Assembly (NCBI RefSeq): GCF_040938485.1
Contig: NW_027270909.1
Location: forward strand, 3,224,001 to 3,288,000
DNA length: 64,000 nucleotides
Source: Diadema antillarum
Lineage: Eukaryota
Direction: 5' to 3'
Part shown: positions 25,859 to 39,248 of the stretch, piece after piece
How the letters are laid out: every line of letters begins with the position of its first letter
How positions within the stretch are numbered: the first letter of the stretch is position 1
Program-made: the position numbers and the translations under genes
Notes under the pieces: generated by a model
Told to the model about the DNA's origin: nothing
Database searches by the model: none
What the model saw: the letters and a program-made list of their open reading frames with translations, nothing else

Positions 25859-28828
25859 CCCTTATGGAACAAATACAGTGTTACTACACTGTGATCACCT
25901 AGTTAACTATGTGTAAAATGTGTGAGTATAGTGTGTTCACAGTGTTGCTACAGTGTGAAATTACAAATTATGTGGTTCACCACGTACAACTCACACAGTC
26001 ATACACAGTTACCACAGCTTACCACATAATGGTCAAAGGTGCGTTATATGCTGCAGTATGTGGGCATGGTGTGTTCATAGAGTTGTCATGGTAGGAATTT
26101 TCAGACTATGTGGTTAACCACAAACTTATCATATGGTGACATGCAGTTACCACATAACAGTCACAGTGTGTCACATATTGCAGTCTATGGGAATAGTGCC
26201 TCCACAAAGATGTCACAGTGTGAAACGATGGACTATGTGGTTTATTTCTTTCACAAAGTAGTATACAATTACCATAGCTTCCACATAATAGACACAGTGT
26301 GTAACATATTTCAGTCTGTGGGAAAGATGTGTTCACGTCAGAGCACAGTGTGTATTTAAAACTATGTGACTTACCACATTCTAAATCTGATGGAAATCAC
26401 AATTACCACAGCTTACCATAAAATGACCACAGTGTGTCACATACTGTAATATGTGAAATGTGTGTGCGCACAGAGTTGCCACAGTGTGGAATTCTAGTCT
26501 ATGTGGTTCTTCACCGAAAGTCACATAGTAAATCACAGTTGCTGCATCGTTTGCCACACAAAAACCACATTGTGTCACATATTGCAGTATGTGGCAATAT
26601 TGTGTCCGCCGAATTGTCACAGTGTAAAATTCTAGATCATTTGGTTTCTCACCCAGAAGTCACACAGTGAATCGTCATGTACTACAGTTTACCACAAAAT
26701 AACCACTGAACATGTCACATATGTGACCGTGCACCTCAAAACGAACATAAAGTCGCACACACTGATTTTGCGTGAGGACTGAAAATATGTGAAATGGGTC
26801 AACCTAGCTGAACTTGAATTTTTCATATTTTCTGAAAGAGCGGGTCTTCTTTTACATTATGCTAAAATTTGGTATCATAAAACGGGCAGGAAAGTGCGTC
26901 TTTTAGCAGTTTATCTCGAACATTTTTGGTAGAATAGTGTGATTAGGTGTGTCTTTAGAATCCCTTTTTCATTTCTGAAAAACCTTGTCCACATTCTTCA
27001 CTTTCAACTCTAATAACTTTTGAAAGGATAGTGCTCCTGCTTTGAAAGTTGGCATTAATTATGAACAGAATGTGTTAATGAGGCGTGCTTAATTTCAGTT
27101 CAATCTGATAATCCCTTCATTGTTGTTACTCTGGTGGTTTACTTCCTGTTTTTTATCCCATTCATCGCACAGCCAGCACGGTTTGGTAAAGATTAAGCGC
27201 TTGAATAGACACTGTACTTCAGAGCCTCTTTTCTCAGTTCACACTTTTCTTGAGTTTGTGCTTTCTTTCCAATATTTAGATAGGTTAGGAGAGTCCATTT
27301 GATTTGAGTTATACATCATTTTAAAGCTCAAAGTCTGCTCTTTCAGAATATAGTCTTAACTAAAAATTCATGTCTGGCGACTTTTTTGTTTGTTTTGAGG
27401 TGCAGGGTCACATATGTTGCAGCATGTTGAAATGTAGTGTTGCAGAAATGTCACAGTATCGACCGACCCGCAAGTGAATGGCGATGGGGTATGTCATTAA
27501 AATTGTGATAATAATATTGCCAGGGAAAACATTCATTCACTATTTGAACGCGACACAGGATATTCTTGTGGTATTTTGGAACATATGTAACAGGACAATA
27601 CCACACAGGAGTATCACACAGGAGGACCACACAGCAAAACCACATAGTACTCCATATCGCACAACAGCACATAACAATACTTAATACCACACAGCAATAA
27701 CGCAATAAAGGCAAAACCGCACAGAATACAGAAGAAGGTACCACAGAAAAATACCACAGGGTATTATTCTGGTTTTTTTTCTTGATATACTATACCACAG
27801 GACTATCACAAGACAATACAATGTACCACACAGCAGTACCAACTGGAATAGAATAACAAACAAAAAAAAACCACACATATATTTCAGAATTTAATTGACC
27901 AATGAATAATGCTAATAACAATTGATTTAAACCGTAATTAATCTGGCCTATCCTCCTACAGTACTACCTATTAAGTGAGAGTGCTGAGGTACAGTATGTG
28001 ATACTTCATGTGGTATTTCTGTGGTATTCCTATGGTATTGCTGTGGTACTCCTGTGATAACCCTGTGGCACAAATTTTTACATAGCTAATGAATATCCAT
28101 TAAAAACAATCAAAATTTTAGAAAATACATAAAAGACCTCTAATTTCAGAGTAGGCCTATTAATGATGGAACTTACTTTGAACTTTATTAAAGATTGTCT
28201 AATAATGTTATAATATTCCCAATGTCATAAATTTTGTTATGAAAGTGTTATTTCATATCTTGATAGTAAAGTAATGTCTAGTAAGTAACCATGCCTTAAT
28301 GCATTACGAATAGATGGCATATATGTACGTACTGATACACCCGATGACTAACTAGGAATAGGATGACTATAACAGGGGATCTGTGATTTAGGTCTAGAAT
28401 GGTAGTAGGCCGTATGAGTTGTTTGAGGTTATAATAAGAAGAAGGACAGGCTTTAAAGGTAGGGACATGTTTGTCCTGAAATTCATCACTCGCCTTAATA
28501 GGTAAATTCTTGTAATTCTTTTATGGCTATTGATTGTCCCAGATTTTTTTTTTTCCGACTGTGGTTGATAAAACAGAGTGAAAGATTGTGGTAGATAACA
28601 CAGTGTGAGAGACTGTGGTAGATAACACAGTATGGGATGCTTCATTTTGACATACTGTGTTACCTACCACAGTATCCACCCTGTGTTTTCCACAGTGTGA
28701 TAATAACAAAGCATTACCACATGTCTCAATTTCACAGATAACCATTGTGTGACATAACACACTGTGTTTCACACTGTGAATCACAGTGTGTTTTACTATG
28801 TGGCAACACTATGACTATTCAATAAGGG
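25859..28828. mobile_element. CMC/EnSpm-like non-autonomous element (CCCTTAT...ATAAGGG termini, ATG 3-bp TSD)
   Basis: TIR CCCTTAT.GAA...AGTGTT.C.ACA. ATG at 25856-25858 and 28829-28831. Many CACAGTGTG/CACACTGTG repeats. Confidence 0.65.
26722..27412. mobile_element. TGTGACC-terminus MITE nested in the CMC-like element
   Basis: TIR TGTGACC.TGCA.C.CAAAAC.AAC..AAAGTCGC with TA TSD. Empty site in unit 1 at ~9571-9585. Confidence 0.85.
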
Positions 28829-31497
28829 ATGTATGCAATATGGATGATTAGACAACAAACAGCTGACAAAAGGTTTTGAATACGATCTTTCATATGAAAA
28901 GCTTCATAAGGAGTGCGATATGTTGGATGAATCATTGGAGAATGACAACACCTGAATTGCTGAGATTGAATAGAGATGTTGTAAGTGTATTGTTTGATTA
29001 AACAATTTTATGAGTATTGCATTTTACATTTACAATCTGGATGTCTTCTGAGTGTGAGACCATGACATTTTGTTGCAAACGGTGTAACAAATGCATACGT
29101 GAGAGAGATCTCGAATCTGAGCCTTCCCTCGTCCTAGTATTGTAGGATGTTATCATTCACACGGAGGTGCGATAGAACAAGGTTCGCCGGATTTTCGTAT
29201 TTCCGCCAAGTTCACTAGACTGTCCTTTTCTCTTCCCGTGGCAAGATCAAAATAATGTAGACTGATCTAAAAAGTGATCAGTAGTTATTTTGGGAGTTAA
29301 AGATCCAAATGAGCTATTGTCCCATCAGATTGACATCCTTCTTTCTCTTCGTTAATTGTCTTGTCTATAAACAACTATTTCCCCGCCGTGAATATCCACC
29401 TGTTGAATACATTTGTTAAAACTTTGACGCTTTAGAACGAGATATAATTCCAACTTCGTCACAAGAAGAAAACAACAAAATCAGCAACAACCAACTTTGC
29501 GTGTAATGATGACATTAGACACTTCTGAGAATTCCGCATAGTTTGGACTTCACAGAAAGGAACTTACACTTTCGTGTACTCTGTAATTAGACACAAAGTG
29601 TACAATGATATGTGACAGAGGAAGTACCAGTCTACCACAACATCCGGAAGTGCGGAATGCATAATAATATATGAAAATTTAGGTCACCAACATACTTATC
29701 CATAAAGTGCAAGGTAAAAATGTTACTGCAAGACTAAAATTGCCAAGGGTAAAAATGTCAAGGCAAAATGTCAACAAAGAAAGGCATGCGTATCTTACAA
29801 ATAATATCAGGAATTAAATGTTACCTTAACTTCAAAAAAAAAATAAAATGGACATGAGTGTTGCTGCATTACATCAAAATTATTTTGAATCAATTGTCGT
29901 TTTAGACAAAGTGAATTTCACTATCTACTACTGCTTGACAGTCACATCCGAGATAAAGACACAATTCCGTGCCAGATACATCTGTCCATCTTCAGAGTTT
30001 GCAAGTCAAATATTTCATGCTCAATATCTCATGCAATGCAATCATTATGGTTCAGAGGTCTTCCTTCTCTGTATGGGCAGGAAAGTCTCATCGAGATTAT
30101 ATCAGATATTTGTTCCTTTACACGGAAACAGAGACAATTATGTCCTGCGATCATAGATTCAGTATGAAAAATAATTATTTGGTTTGGCACTGTCTTTGAA
30201 TAGAGATGTAAAAAGAAAGACTGCTGGTTATTGAAAGCATCAATAAATCTTTAAACTTTTATTAGGAAACTTTCATTGTGCGATATGTGTGCATGGTCCA
30301 TTTTTAGAATGTTACATAAAGAAAACGATTTCGTTATTTGATAAGAAAATTTCATCGTATGTATTATGAATATATTTGTTGTGAAGCTCAACCAGACTTT
30401 GAATGAAGATTTTTATACCAGGTGATATTATGTACATGAATAATATCTGTTCTGGGCTAAGTGATTCGTCGTTAGCAGAAAATTTCATAAATATGATACA
30501 GAATTGAAAAAAAAATGAGAAAAATTTTCGCTTCATTTGATTATTTGATATAAAAAAATCTGCAGTACCAAATATGTATATGTTTTAATCACATAAAATT
30601 ATCTGCAATATTTTGTTGATAACAACTATACTGACGAAAGCAAAATGTTATTGATAATTTGTCAAGGAATTAGTTTATAAGTACATTCATCTTGACACAG
30701 CAAATGAAGATGAAAGTTCTTTGCATTGTGAAAAGATCATAACTTTAAATGAGAATTTGGAGCAAGTGTTTTTAAAAGACTTACACAGACAAAAGAACAC
30801 GTATTAACCCGTTGAGGACGGACTGATTTTGCTACAACACGCACAACACGGAAACTGTGTTTTATGTATAATAGGCATATTTTGTCAGTTAAACAAAATA
30901 AATTATTTGGAATTATAATGACACGGATTTATGTAATTTTTGTAATTGTAGGAAAGACATCGTTCTGTTTTACTTTTAGTATATACATTTGTATATAATG
31001 GAAAATTCAAGAGGTTAGAAATATGTTTGTAAGGTTGTCGTAGCGATTTTTCTTTAATTAAAGCTGGTAGGGTGGTGGGGGAGGGAGGAACACATATCTG
31101 TGATATTCTTCTTCTTTTTTCGCGGAACCAAGAGTGTTTTTAGAAATTGACATAAATGCTAGAAATCGTGGAAAAAAAAGAGAAAGTGCATATTTTCTTC
31201 CGTTAAATGATAACTGCCTATGTATAGACAATGTGTTTTTAAAGACCGATAAACGTAATTTACATATTATTTTTTTTTTTTCGGAAACATCATTATGTTG
31301 AAATTACATGCCTGTACAGGCGGGTGAGGGAAAGAAATTGATCAACTATCTCGATAGAGTTCTTTGTTTGTCTTGTGCTCTCTCCAACTGATATACTCTC
31401 ATTAAAAAAACAAACAAACAAAACAAAACAAACAAACTGACTGTATGTGCCATCAAGCCGGTCCTGCAGGGCTATTTTTATGGTCCATGTCTATATA

Positions 31498-32176
31498 TGT
31501 GACCTGCTATAACCGAAAGAACCGGAAGATCCGAAAGTGGGGGGGGGGGGGGGGGGTGGATTTTCTGAAAATGACATTACATTATTCCCGTAGTCGTCGG
31601 CGTTAATTTCCTACATAACACGACTCATAAAGCACTCGGAAGCGGAGATATCGATGATTTTATGTGAGAGCATAGTGAGTGGTCTAGGATATCAGCGTTT
31701 CGAGAAAACCACCTTTCAAAGTTTTCCTTCCGACGCAATCGTCAAGGGGAGGTAAGACAGCTTCTACCTCTTGACAATAGAAGGTATGCTCCGCGATGTT
31801 CTGTCCAGATTAGCGTCAGTGGTCTAACTCAAGACCAATCAGTAACCAGGACGCCATGCACTGACCAATAAGATAACTCCCTCATTGCTAGGGGCGGAGT
31901 CTGTCTGCGGCGCTAAATCTAAATCTTCGGACACTTCTCTGTTCCATTAAAAGTCGGAAAATCATGGCTCAGAAGATCGCTAATTTCTTTCTTGCCTTTC
32001 CTTTAATCATTTAGCTTCAAAATTTCAGCAGATGATAGACGAAACATCAGACTACAAAATTATGCCAACAACAGATATTTACTGGTTTTGACCGATTTTG
32101 ATGATCTGACTTCAAACTCGATTTTCTCGACTCAGCCGTCAGTGACTTTCGGATCCTTTTGTTGTGGCGGGTCGCA
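31498..32176. mobile_element. TA-flanked MITE with TG(T/C)GACC termini and a different interior
   Basis: TGTGACCTGCTATAAC...GATCCGAAAGT versus ACTTTCGGATC...GTTGTGGCGGGTCGCA. Absent from unit 1 (~13050). Confidence 0.6.
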
Positions 32177-33641
32177 TAATAATCATGCTTTCAATACGCT
32201 CTTAAAAGCGTGGGTTTGTAGTCGAAATCTTTGACTGACAGCTGGCGCTCTGCGAGTCATGAAGCCGTTCCCTGAAGTCTTTCAATGCTATCATAAACGC
32301 GATCATGGAATGAATAATACTCATTTTCCCCACATCGAAATACAGTAATTGATGCAGAATGTATCTCACAAGGAATAACTTTTTAAAATATAATTCAAAA
32401 CAACTTGCAGGCTTATTCTGGATTGATGAGGATTTCAGGCAATGAAGATTATTTCACAATTAGAGACTTGATACTGAAACATATCAATAGCATTCTTATA
32501 AGGTATCTGAACAAAATGTCCTTTGTTTATTCTTGTAGAGTGGATAAGGGAAATATAATCAAGAGAGGATTTTGTTCTTTACATTAGAAAAGACTTGCAC
32601 TTCATGTTCATACCGACTTTCTCTTAATCGTGGCATCTGAACACATGTGTCAGAAATTTAAAGAAAACACTCCGAGGTATTTACCTCATTTGACATCTAA
32701 TTCTTTTTATGTGAAATTGAACGATTGCACCCATAAGTTAATATGCATGATATTTTAGGAAAAGAAATGAAAAAAAAAAGCCGGCAAAGTAGACGTGTCG
32801 CTATCATAATATGTGACACTATACTCTCATTTCCATCTTGTGTTTAAAGCTTGCCGATAACACTTTGCCTTTATTTGCAGTGTTTTGTACGCAATTTGCA
32901 ACTCCTTTCCAGTCTCATATATATTATACATAATAATTTGTATAAAACGTGGCAAAGGTGGCGAAACCAGAAGGAGATGGAGGGGAACTCTACCTTGTAT
33001 GCCCTTTTCTAGGGTAGAGGTTATGTCGACATCTCATATTTGTAGTTTCTTCTTGGCTTTCATATTACCTTCTTTTCACCTTGAAAGTCAGACCTTTGTA
33101 TTCCCTTGTTTTCTTGATATATGAATATCAAGTTATCTATAAAATATCCACCTTTGTATGAATCAAATTGGCCTTGCTTAGGTTTATATGGCTTCGGGTT
33201 CTTTTTCCCTCTTCAGGAAGGAAACTATTCCCCCTGATAATTTTTCTGCTACGCTTAATATCCCTTTTACATCAGTATCTTTAGCTGTGTGTTTGAGTTG
33301 CTCTCATAAATGTTGTTTCAGAAACATAAACTCTGTCGAGTGACAGATCCTTTAGCGTCACAAACTGTTTAATCTATGTCAGCTCGCGTCAAGTTTCTCT
33401 CTATCTAAAACACTTCATCACAGTTCTGCGTCACCAAATAATGACTTCAGAAGTAGTCTTTAGTATTCTTGCAATAAGTATTTTTGTTTGATAGTACTTT
33501 GGTCAGTTCCAAGGTAAGGATTAGCTCATTAGAAAAATATCCAATATCCAATTTTAAGTGGAACAATGTAAAGTGTGTTTAGGAAGGCTATTTCTGGCTC
33601 TATAATTTCATGTACATAATCTAATTATAGCGGCACCTCCA

Positions 33642-33832
33642 GGGAATTCCCTTGCCCATGGACTAGTTTCATATTTGAACAGGGTGTACAGACGATAGAC
33701 CTTAGTTTAAACAGCACAAACAATAGGATCGGGATGCATATGATAGCGGGACGAAAGTGGGAAGTATTTGAAGACACGTTCCGTGTTCGTACAGGTGACA
33801 TAATCTCCATCCGTGAAGCTGATGGTATAAAA
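33642..33832 (+). promoter_or_regulatory. IL-17 copy 3 promoter: kB 33642-33651, TATA 33826
   Basis: Same motif order as the other copies. Confidence 0.75.
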
Positions 33833-34022
33833 CTGGTCAGTGTCGTATTGTCTTCATCATCATACGCCTGCATGCCAGGATATCCAGTGAATATCACTTA
33901 GCATTTCTTGCCTGCAAAACTACCTCGACGTCAACCTACTGGAGAGGACCCTTAAACGTCTCAGTTGGAAAGGCACGCTATACCGTATGAAACAACTAGA
34001 GGACGTCAACAGCAAACTCAAA

Positions 34023-35088
34023 ATGAACGTGAGTCCTAGCACAACTGTAGTTTGAAATGCACAGAGAATCGTGCCATTATATTTTACCGTCGCTCCTGAT
34101 ATGCATTAAGAGTTGGTATCGTTGCAATTACAATTCCACATGGTACTTCAGTTAACTCCCTGCGCTCATCTTTCATCTATCAAACACGAGAAAGACGTGT
34201 TGCGATCAGCCGTATGTACTATAATACATTCACTTTATTCTGTATGTGTCAGTTCATTCACGTTAAATTTTATTTTCTTTTGCAAAAGCCGCGTCTCATT
34301 AGTCCATGGAAATTAATAGAAGGTCAATATTCATCATAACTACGTCTTCCATTTGAATAATATGTCACTGCATTACAACTCCGTTGCTTGTTGAAATGTA
34401 AATAGTATTTCAGTTGGTGTTCACTTAACTGCATATTCTGAAAAAGAAAAATCAGTTTGACTTAATTTCATGCATATGGACGTAATGATGTATCATTTAC
34501 CAATATCTTTATTCTTTGCTTCATCAGACCCTCCTCCTGCTTACGTCGATGACAGTAGCCATCTTCCAGACCGTTACATCTTCGCCAGTCCCGAGCACCT
34601 CTCAGGCATGTCTGCCAATAGACGCAGCTGATTCCCATCGACGAGAACTGAACTCTAATCTTTTCTATCCTAAAGCGCCAGCATTCGCAGTACAAAGTTT
34701 CAACCTGTCGACCAGTGACATGGGCTTGGCCGGTACGTCAAGCTGTCCGTTTGATGGCGTCTCCAGCCCGCAGGACTGCCCCGTAGGAGCGAAACCAAAT
34801 GCTGGAAGTCCGGAAATCACGAACCAAGACGGCTCGTGTCCATGGACCTACGTGGAGTGTTTCGATGCTGACCGTATCCCAATGGCGATCACTATGGCTC
34901 AGTGCCAGTGTTCGGCATGTCTGGACCCTTACACAAACGAGGTGGATCCCAACCTTCGATGTCAACCTGTAATGTACAACATGAAAGTCCTACAGAAGAC
35001 CCAGTGTGTGGATGGCCACTTCCGGTACGAGCAGAAGACCCTTCAAGTCCCCGTGTCATGTGCCTGTATGCGCAGGAGACGTGTCTAG
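34023..35088 (+). CDS. IL17: IL-17-like cytokine, copy 3 (coding exons 34023-34028 and 34528-35088; ~188 aa)
   Basis: Same IL-17 motifs. ATG AAC|GTGAGT donor, CATCAG|ACC acceptor. Confidence 0.92.
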
Positions 35089-35871
35089 GAAGGAGTACCT
35101 TTCTCATGATAATGAAGATTGAACGTCTTCCGAGTTTCGAAAAATAGGCTCAACTTAATGTATTCACTGTCTGATATGTGTATTCCTTGCCTTGTATTGT
35201 ATTCAAATATAATGTATTTTTATCTTGCCTTTTACTGTCCCGTAAGATTGTCTAAATTCCAGTTTTGTCGAACTTCTTCAGGTAAAGATATGGGCAATCT
35301 TGACGACATTCAGTCTGCAAACATACGGACAACAGAGTGCAAAATTCATTTAGTTTGTATATTGATCGTGCGTTCACCATCAACTTCTGTTGGTTGGACG
35401 TTACTTTGTTACCATCATTGTTTTTAAAGAAGCCATCATCTTCAGGAAGAAGAGGAAGAAATAATGTTCTGGCATTTCCTCTCGATGGAAACGCCCCAAA
35501 TCTACAGAATCTGAAATAACAATGTGGACGTCTCAAAATGGACAAGCTCATCATTCGTGAAGCCTGCCTAGGCAAATCCAATGTCTAGTAAGATCGCATC
35601 ATCTTTATACTTGATTTGAAGCATATCTAATCAAAGACAAGACGTGACCATTTTAATTGTAGACATCCGCATGTAGTCTAAAAGCACTGTTATCCGCTTT
35701 TGTGCAGCATCATCCTAAATATTCAATAATCTATCATCTTTTAACACATTACAACACTAATCACAACATGCTTTTCTTGAATACGTATGTGTATACGTAT
35801 ACAATGTACGTATGAATACGTATAATACGTTTCTTGAATTCTTGAATATTCACGACATGCAAATATATGTA

Positions 35872-36000
35872 ATTGTCCTATGGACAAATTGTTATATTTT
35901 TAAAGTGCCTGCGAGTACTTATTCGTATAGAATGTAATATATTACTCAATGATGAGTGCGGAAAAAAAGTTTGGTTTGACGTTAAGTAGCCACTATGTGG
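35872..36000 (+). promoter_or_regulatory. Conserved downstream palindrome module, copy 3
   Basis: TTGTCCTATGGACAA, ACTCAATGATGAGT, TTTGAC, CCACTATGTGG. Confidence 0.55.
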
Positions 36001-37754
36001 CGGTAATTTGTGTCAACTTGAGGAAAAAATATTCATATTAGTATAAAGATATCTTGTTAAATTTATTCTTACGTATTTCATTCATTTACTGTGTATTTAT
36101 TATTCTGTGTATATTAAGCCATGCAAATTTGCGTTTACTTTTTTTAATAAGTTACATTGTTATATGAGAATTTCATGTCTTACTGCTTCCTTCTTCAAAC
36201 CTATGTCTATGCGAGTCTTTCTCGTGTTTAATAAAAGCAATAGGAAATGAAACAAAAGAAGAGTCTGACGTCTGCTGTATTTGTATTGGTATTGGAGCAT
36301 CCACGTGGATAATGAAGTTTTAAGCACCAAGAACATAGCAACAGTGACGTAGAAAGTTCATGATAAGATCTTCAAAGTTTGATTTTTTATGTTATTCAAA
36401 GTAAATCTGATCTTTGGAGAGAAACTTTATCCCCCCCCCCCCTTCCCGCTTGGCGATATGCTACAGAGGACCCCGTGAGAGTTTGAGTGCGTGATGCCTA
36501 GATTATAGCGCCACCAGCGTCAGTAACTTTATGTTTACAAAGCGAGTGACAAGACACAATTTAGTCCGTGTTGTCCAGTACGGAATCGATGCACCTAAGA
36601 ACAGTCGCCGCATATCAAGTCTATTGGTATGGTGGCTTTGGTGGATTCCTATTAAATGTTGCTATCATTAAAGTTTAAATACGAGTTGGTGCTTATCTGC
36701 ATAATAACAAGCAATGGGCGTAGGGTGGGGCATATTTTTTGCCTTAAAATCTGTTCTTACTTTCAGTCAATGAACACATAATGTGCCGCAGCGTCAGAAT
36801 ACAACAACATTATTATAGCCGTATGTAGCATGGATATCAATGAGAATAACATTGTGAAATTATGGACAAATATAACTTAGTATAGTAACTCTTATATACA
36901 AAAGCGCACATCACGAGCGCGAAGCGCGAAGTTCCTTGCGGCCGGGGTTCAGGGCCCTTAAAGCAGGCTCTGGAAGCTCTAGGGTTCTAGATGCTCTCTC
37001 GTGCTATCTAAGGCTTATTTTTCAACGTACGATGACATTTAGTAAGAAATCATTTCAAGCGGGAGACACAGACCCAGGGCGGGAGAAATCAAATCTCAAG
37101 CGGGAGAACGGGAGATTTTGCAAAAAAGGGAGATCTCCTGTCGAAAGCGGGAGAGTTGGAGTTTCTGGCAGTATTCATTATGATATGTATAAAGCAAGTA
37201 ATAATTCATCAAATTTAAACTAGCAGTTAGTTTTGTGTTTGTCTACATTGCTCTCCCTTTAACATTAATATTTCTTCTGTAACCGTCTATCCAAAATTCC
37301 GTTTTCAAGCAGCGCAATTCTTTGTCAATTTTTTAAACTTTCAATAAGCAGTCAATAATATCTTAAATAAAGCACCATTTTAATATCTATGGACAATATT
37401 GATTTTAACCCTCGTTAAAACTCACTGTCATCAAAAACTAGTTACGATCATTCCACAATAGCTGTGAATCTAACATTGTTACCAAATTTTTATCAGTATA
37501 TCAAAGTATACTAAAGTGTAGTGCTCATTCATTGTTCACTCCATTAGAAGTCATGATGCTCTTACACAGACAATCACATGCACATTTCAAGCCAAAAACC
37601 AGATTAAATTATATAAAGTGCACTATACTCTTTAAAAAATGTTTAGTTTGCCCCCCCCCCCCCAAAAATAGACTCATATTTTCCTTTGTCTTGTCTCTTG
37701 TCATTATCATTCTATATTTATGTTTCAACTTGTTTTGATAAACAAAATTATATC

Positions 37755-37759
<5 letters not shown>

Positions 37760-37811
<52 letters not shown>
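37760..37811. repeat. (TA)n microsatellite; similar tracts at ~18281, 19804, 24283, 39207, 41092 and 48129, (TG)n at ~4006 and (GA)n at ~63832
   Basis: Read directly from the sequence. Confidence 0.95.
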
Positions 37812-37815
<4 letters not shown>

Positions 37816-38149
37816 GAGAAAAATCATAAGAAAACTCTAACAGACAGAATAAAAACAAGTTCCTGGACAATACAGCAAGATTCTTATGGGGCTTGATGTC
37901 AGATTACAAAGCATGATTTTTATACGATAGTAACTGATGATTTGCTTCGACATTTCTAAACTTAGTGTAGATGACGAAACATTCCCCATACGTTCTTTGA
38001 AATAATCATGACTATGAAGTGAAAATAGTTACTACTCATATGTTTAGTTTGAGTTTATTTTATCTATACACGGAAATAAAAGCCTGCTTTCAGCTGGACA
38101 GCTGTTTTTCAGCAAGGCCGTGTTTTACATCGAATAACAAAGCATACAT

Positions 38150-39010
38150 ACACACGGCGAAAATGCAAACATATACAATGATATACAATAAATGACAAGC
38201 ACTGAACAATTAGTTACAAAAGAAAAAGATATCAAAAAACACAAAGAGAAAATCGATATACTTCTATGGACACATAAGGGACTTCCGCTAACTTCATGAT
38301 CTCTTTGTAGAAACTCTTGATGTCACTATTTGTTCTTAAATGAACAGGAAGATTATTGAAAGTTTTACATGCAACATATGATGGGCTGTTTCGGACAAAA
38401 TTAGGACGAGGTTTTGGCATCACAATTTGAGCATTTGAGTTTTGTAGAGTGTAATTTTCAAAATGATCTGAGTTGAACACCAGAGGACAGAGTTGTTGGA
38501 GCAAGGTTATACAACAGTTTGAATATAAAGATTAAGGCTTGCTTTCCTCTTCTTTCTTTGAGTCGGTCGACCTGAAGAGAAGAATAAAGAGTTTCCCTAT
38601 TGTAACGCACCATTCTTAGGCATCTGTTCTGAATAACTTGCAATCGATTTGGTTGACCCGAGTGACCAGTCCTCCACATTACACTACAGTAGTCCAAATG
38701 GGGTTGGATTAGAGTTTTGTACAACAACAGGGGAGGTATCCTTATCAATGTTCTCTCTTGTATGCTTGACTGCATGAAAGACTTTAAGCGTTTTGCTTCT
38801 AACGTTTTCAATTTGTGGGGTCCATGTTAGGTTTTTCATCGAGAATGACCCCGAGATATCTGCAGTCTGAAACTCTTTGTAGATATAATATATTTCCATC
38901 AAGGATGACCAGGTACATCATGATAACACAAGAACGTTTTGTATATACTATGAAGAGTGTTATCGCAAAAAAAAAAGCTTACTCCACTTTTGTTAAGTTG
39001 AGATATCTCT
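38150..39010 (-). mobile_element. Degenerate 3' fragment of a CR1/L2-group LINE ORF2
   Basis: LYKTLIQPHLDYCSVMW, NRLQVIQNRCLRMV and FNNLPVHLR are split over three frames. Confidence 0.75.
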
Positions 39011-39203
39011 GATCGAATCATCTACAAACAAAGTAATTAACAATAAAGTATAGGATATTCTCAGTCATAACTTCTAGAATATTCCTTGTTACGTCACAAG
39101 TGAGGTATTACTGGAAAGGTATATTTTGCTTTATATGATGATGGACGTACTTTGAAATGTTTTAAAGTGGCGCTTAGCTCCTTCTGCAATAAAGCTTTTC
39201 ATA

Positions 39204-39248
<45 letters not shown>

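Larger units (their letters stand above)
1..32870 (+). repeat. Tandem segmental duplication: unit 1 (~1-13740) and unit 2 (~13740-32870), with unit-3 homology continuing from ~32870
   Basis: Collinear homologous blocks, e.g. 140-2900 with 14090-16880 and (5' part) 32880 onward; 7250-8700 with 24410-25850; 10460-13740 with 28830-32870. Confidence 0.9.

Noticed and set aside
30803-30860. TTAACCCGTTGAGGACGG, a piggyBac-like terminus
   Set aside because: Only one end is visible with no partner TIR, too short to call.
36900-37170. GC-rich GAGCGCGAAGCGCG repeat plus CGGGAGA repeats resembling a hAT end
   Set aside because: Probably fragments of common interspersed repeats, but no matching second end or TSD was found.
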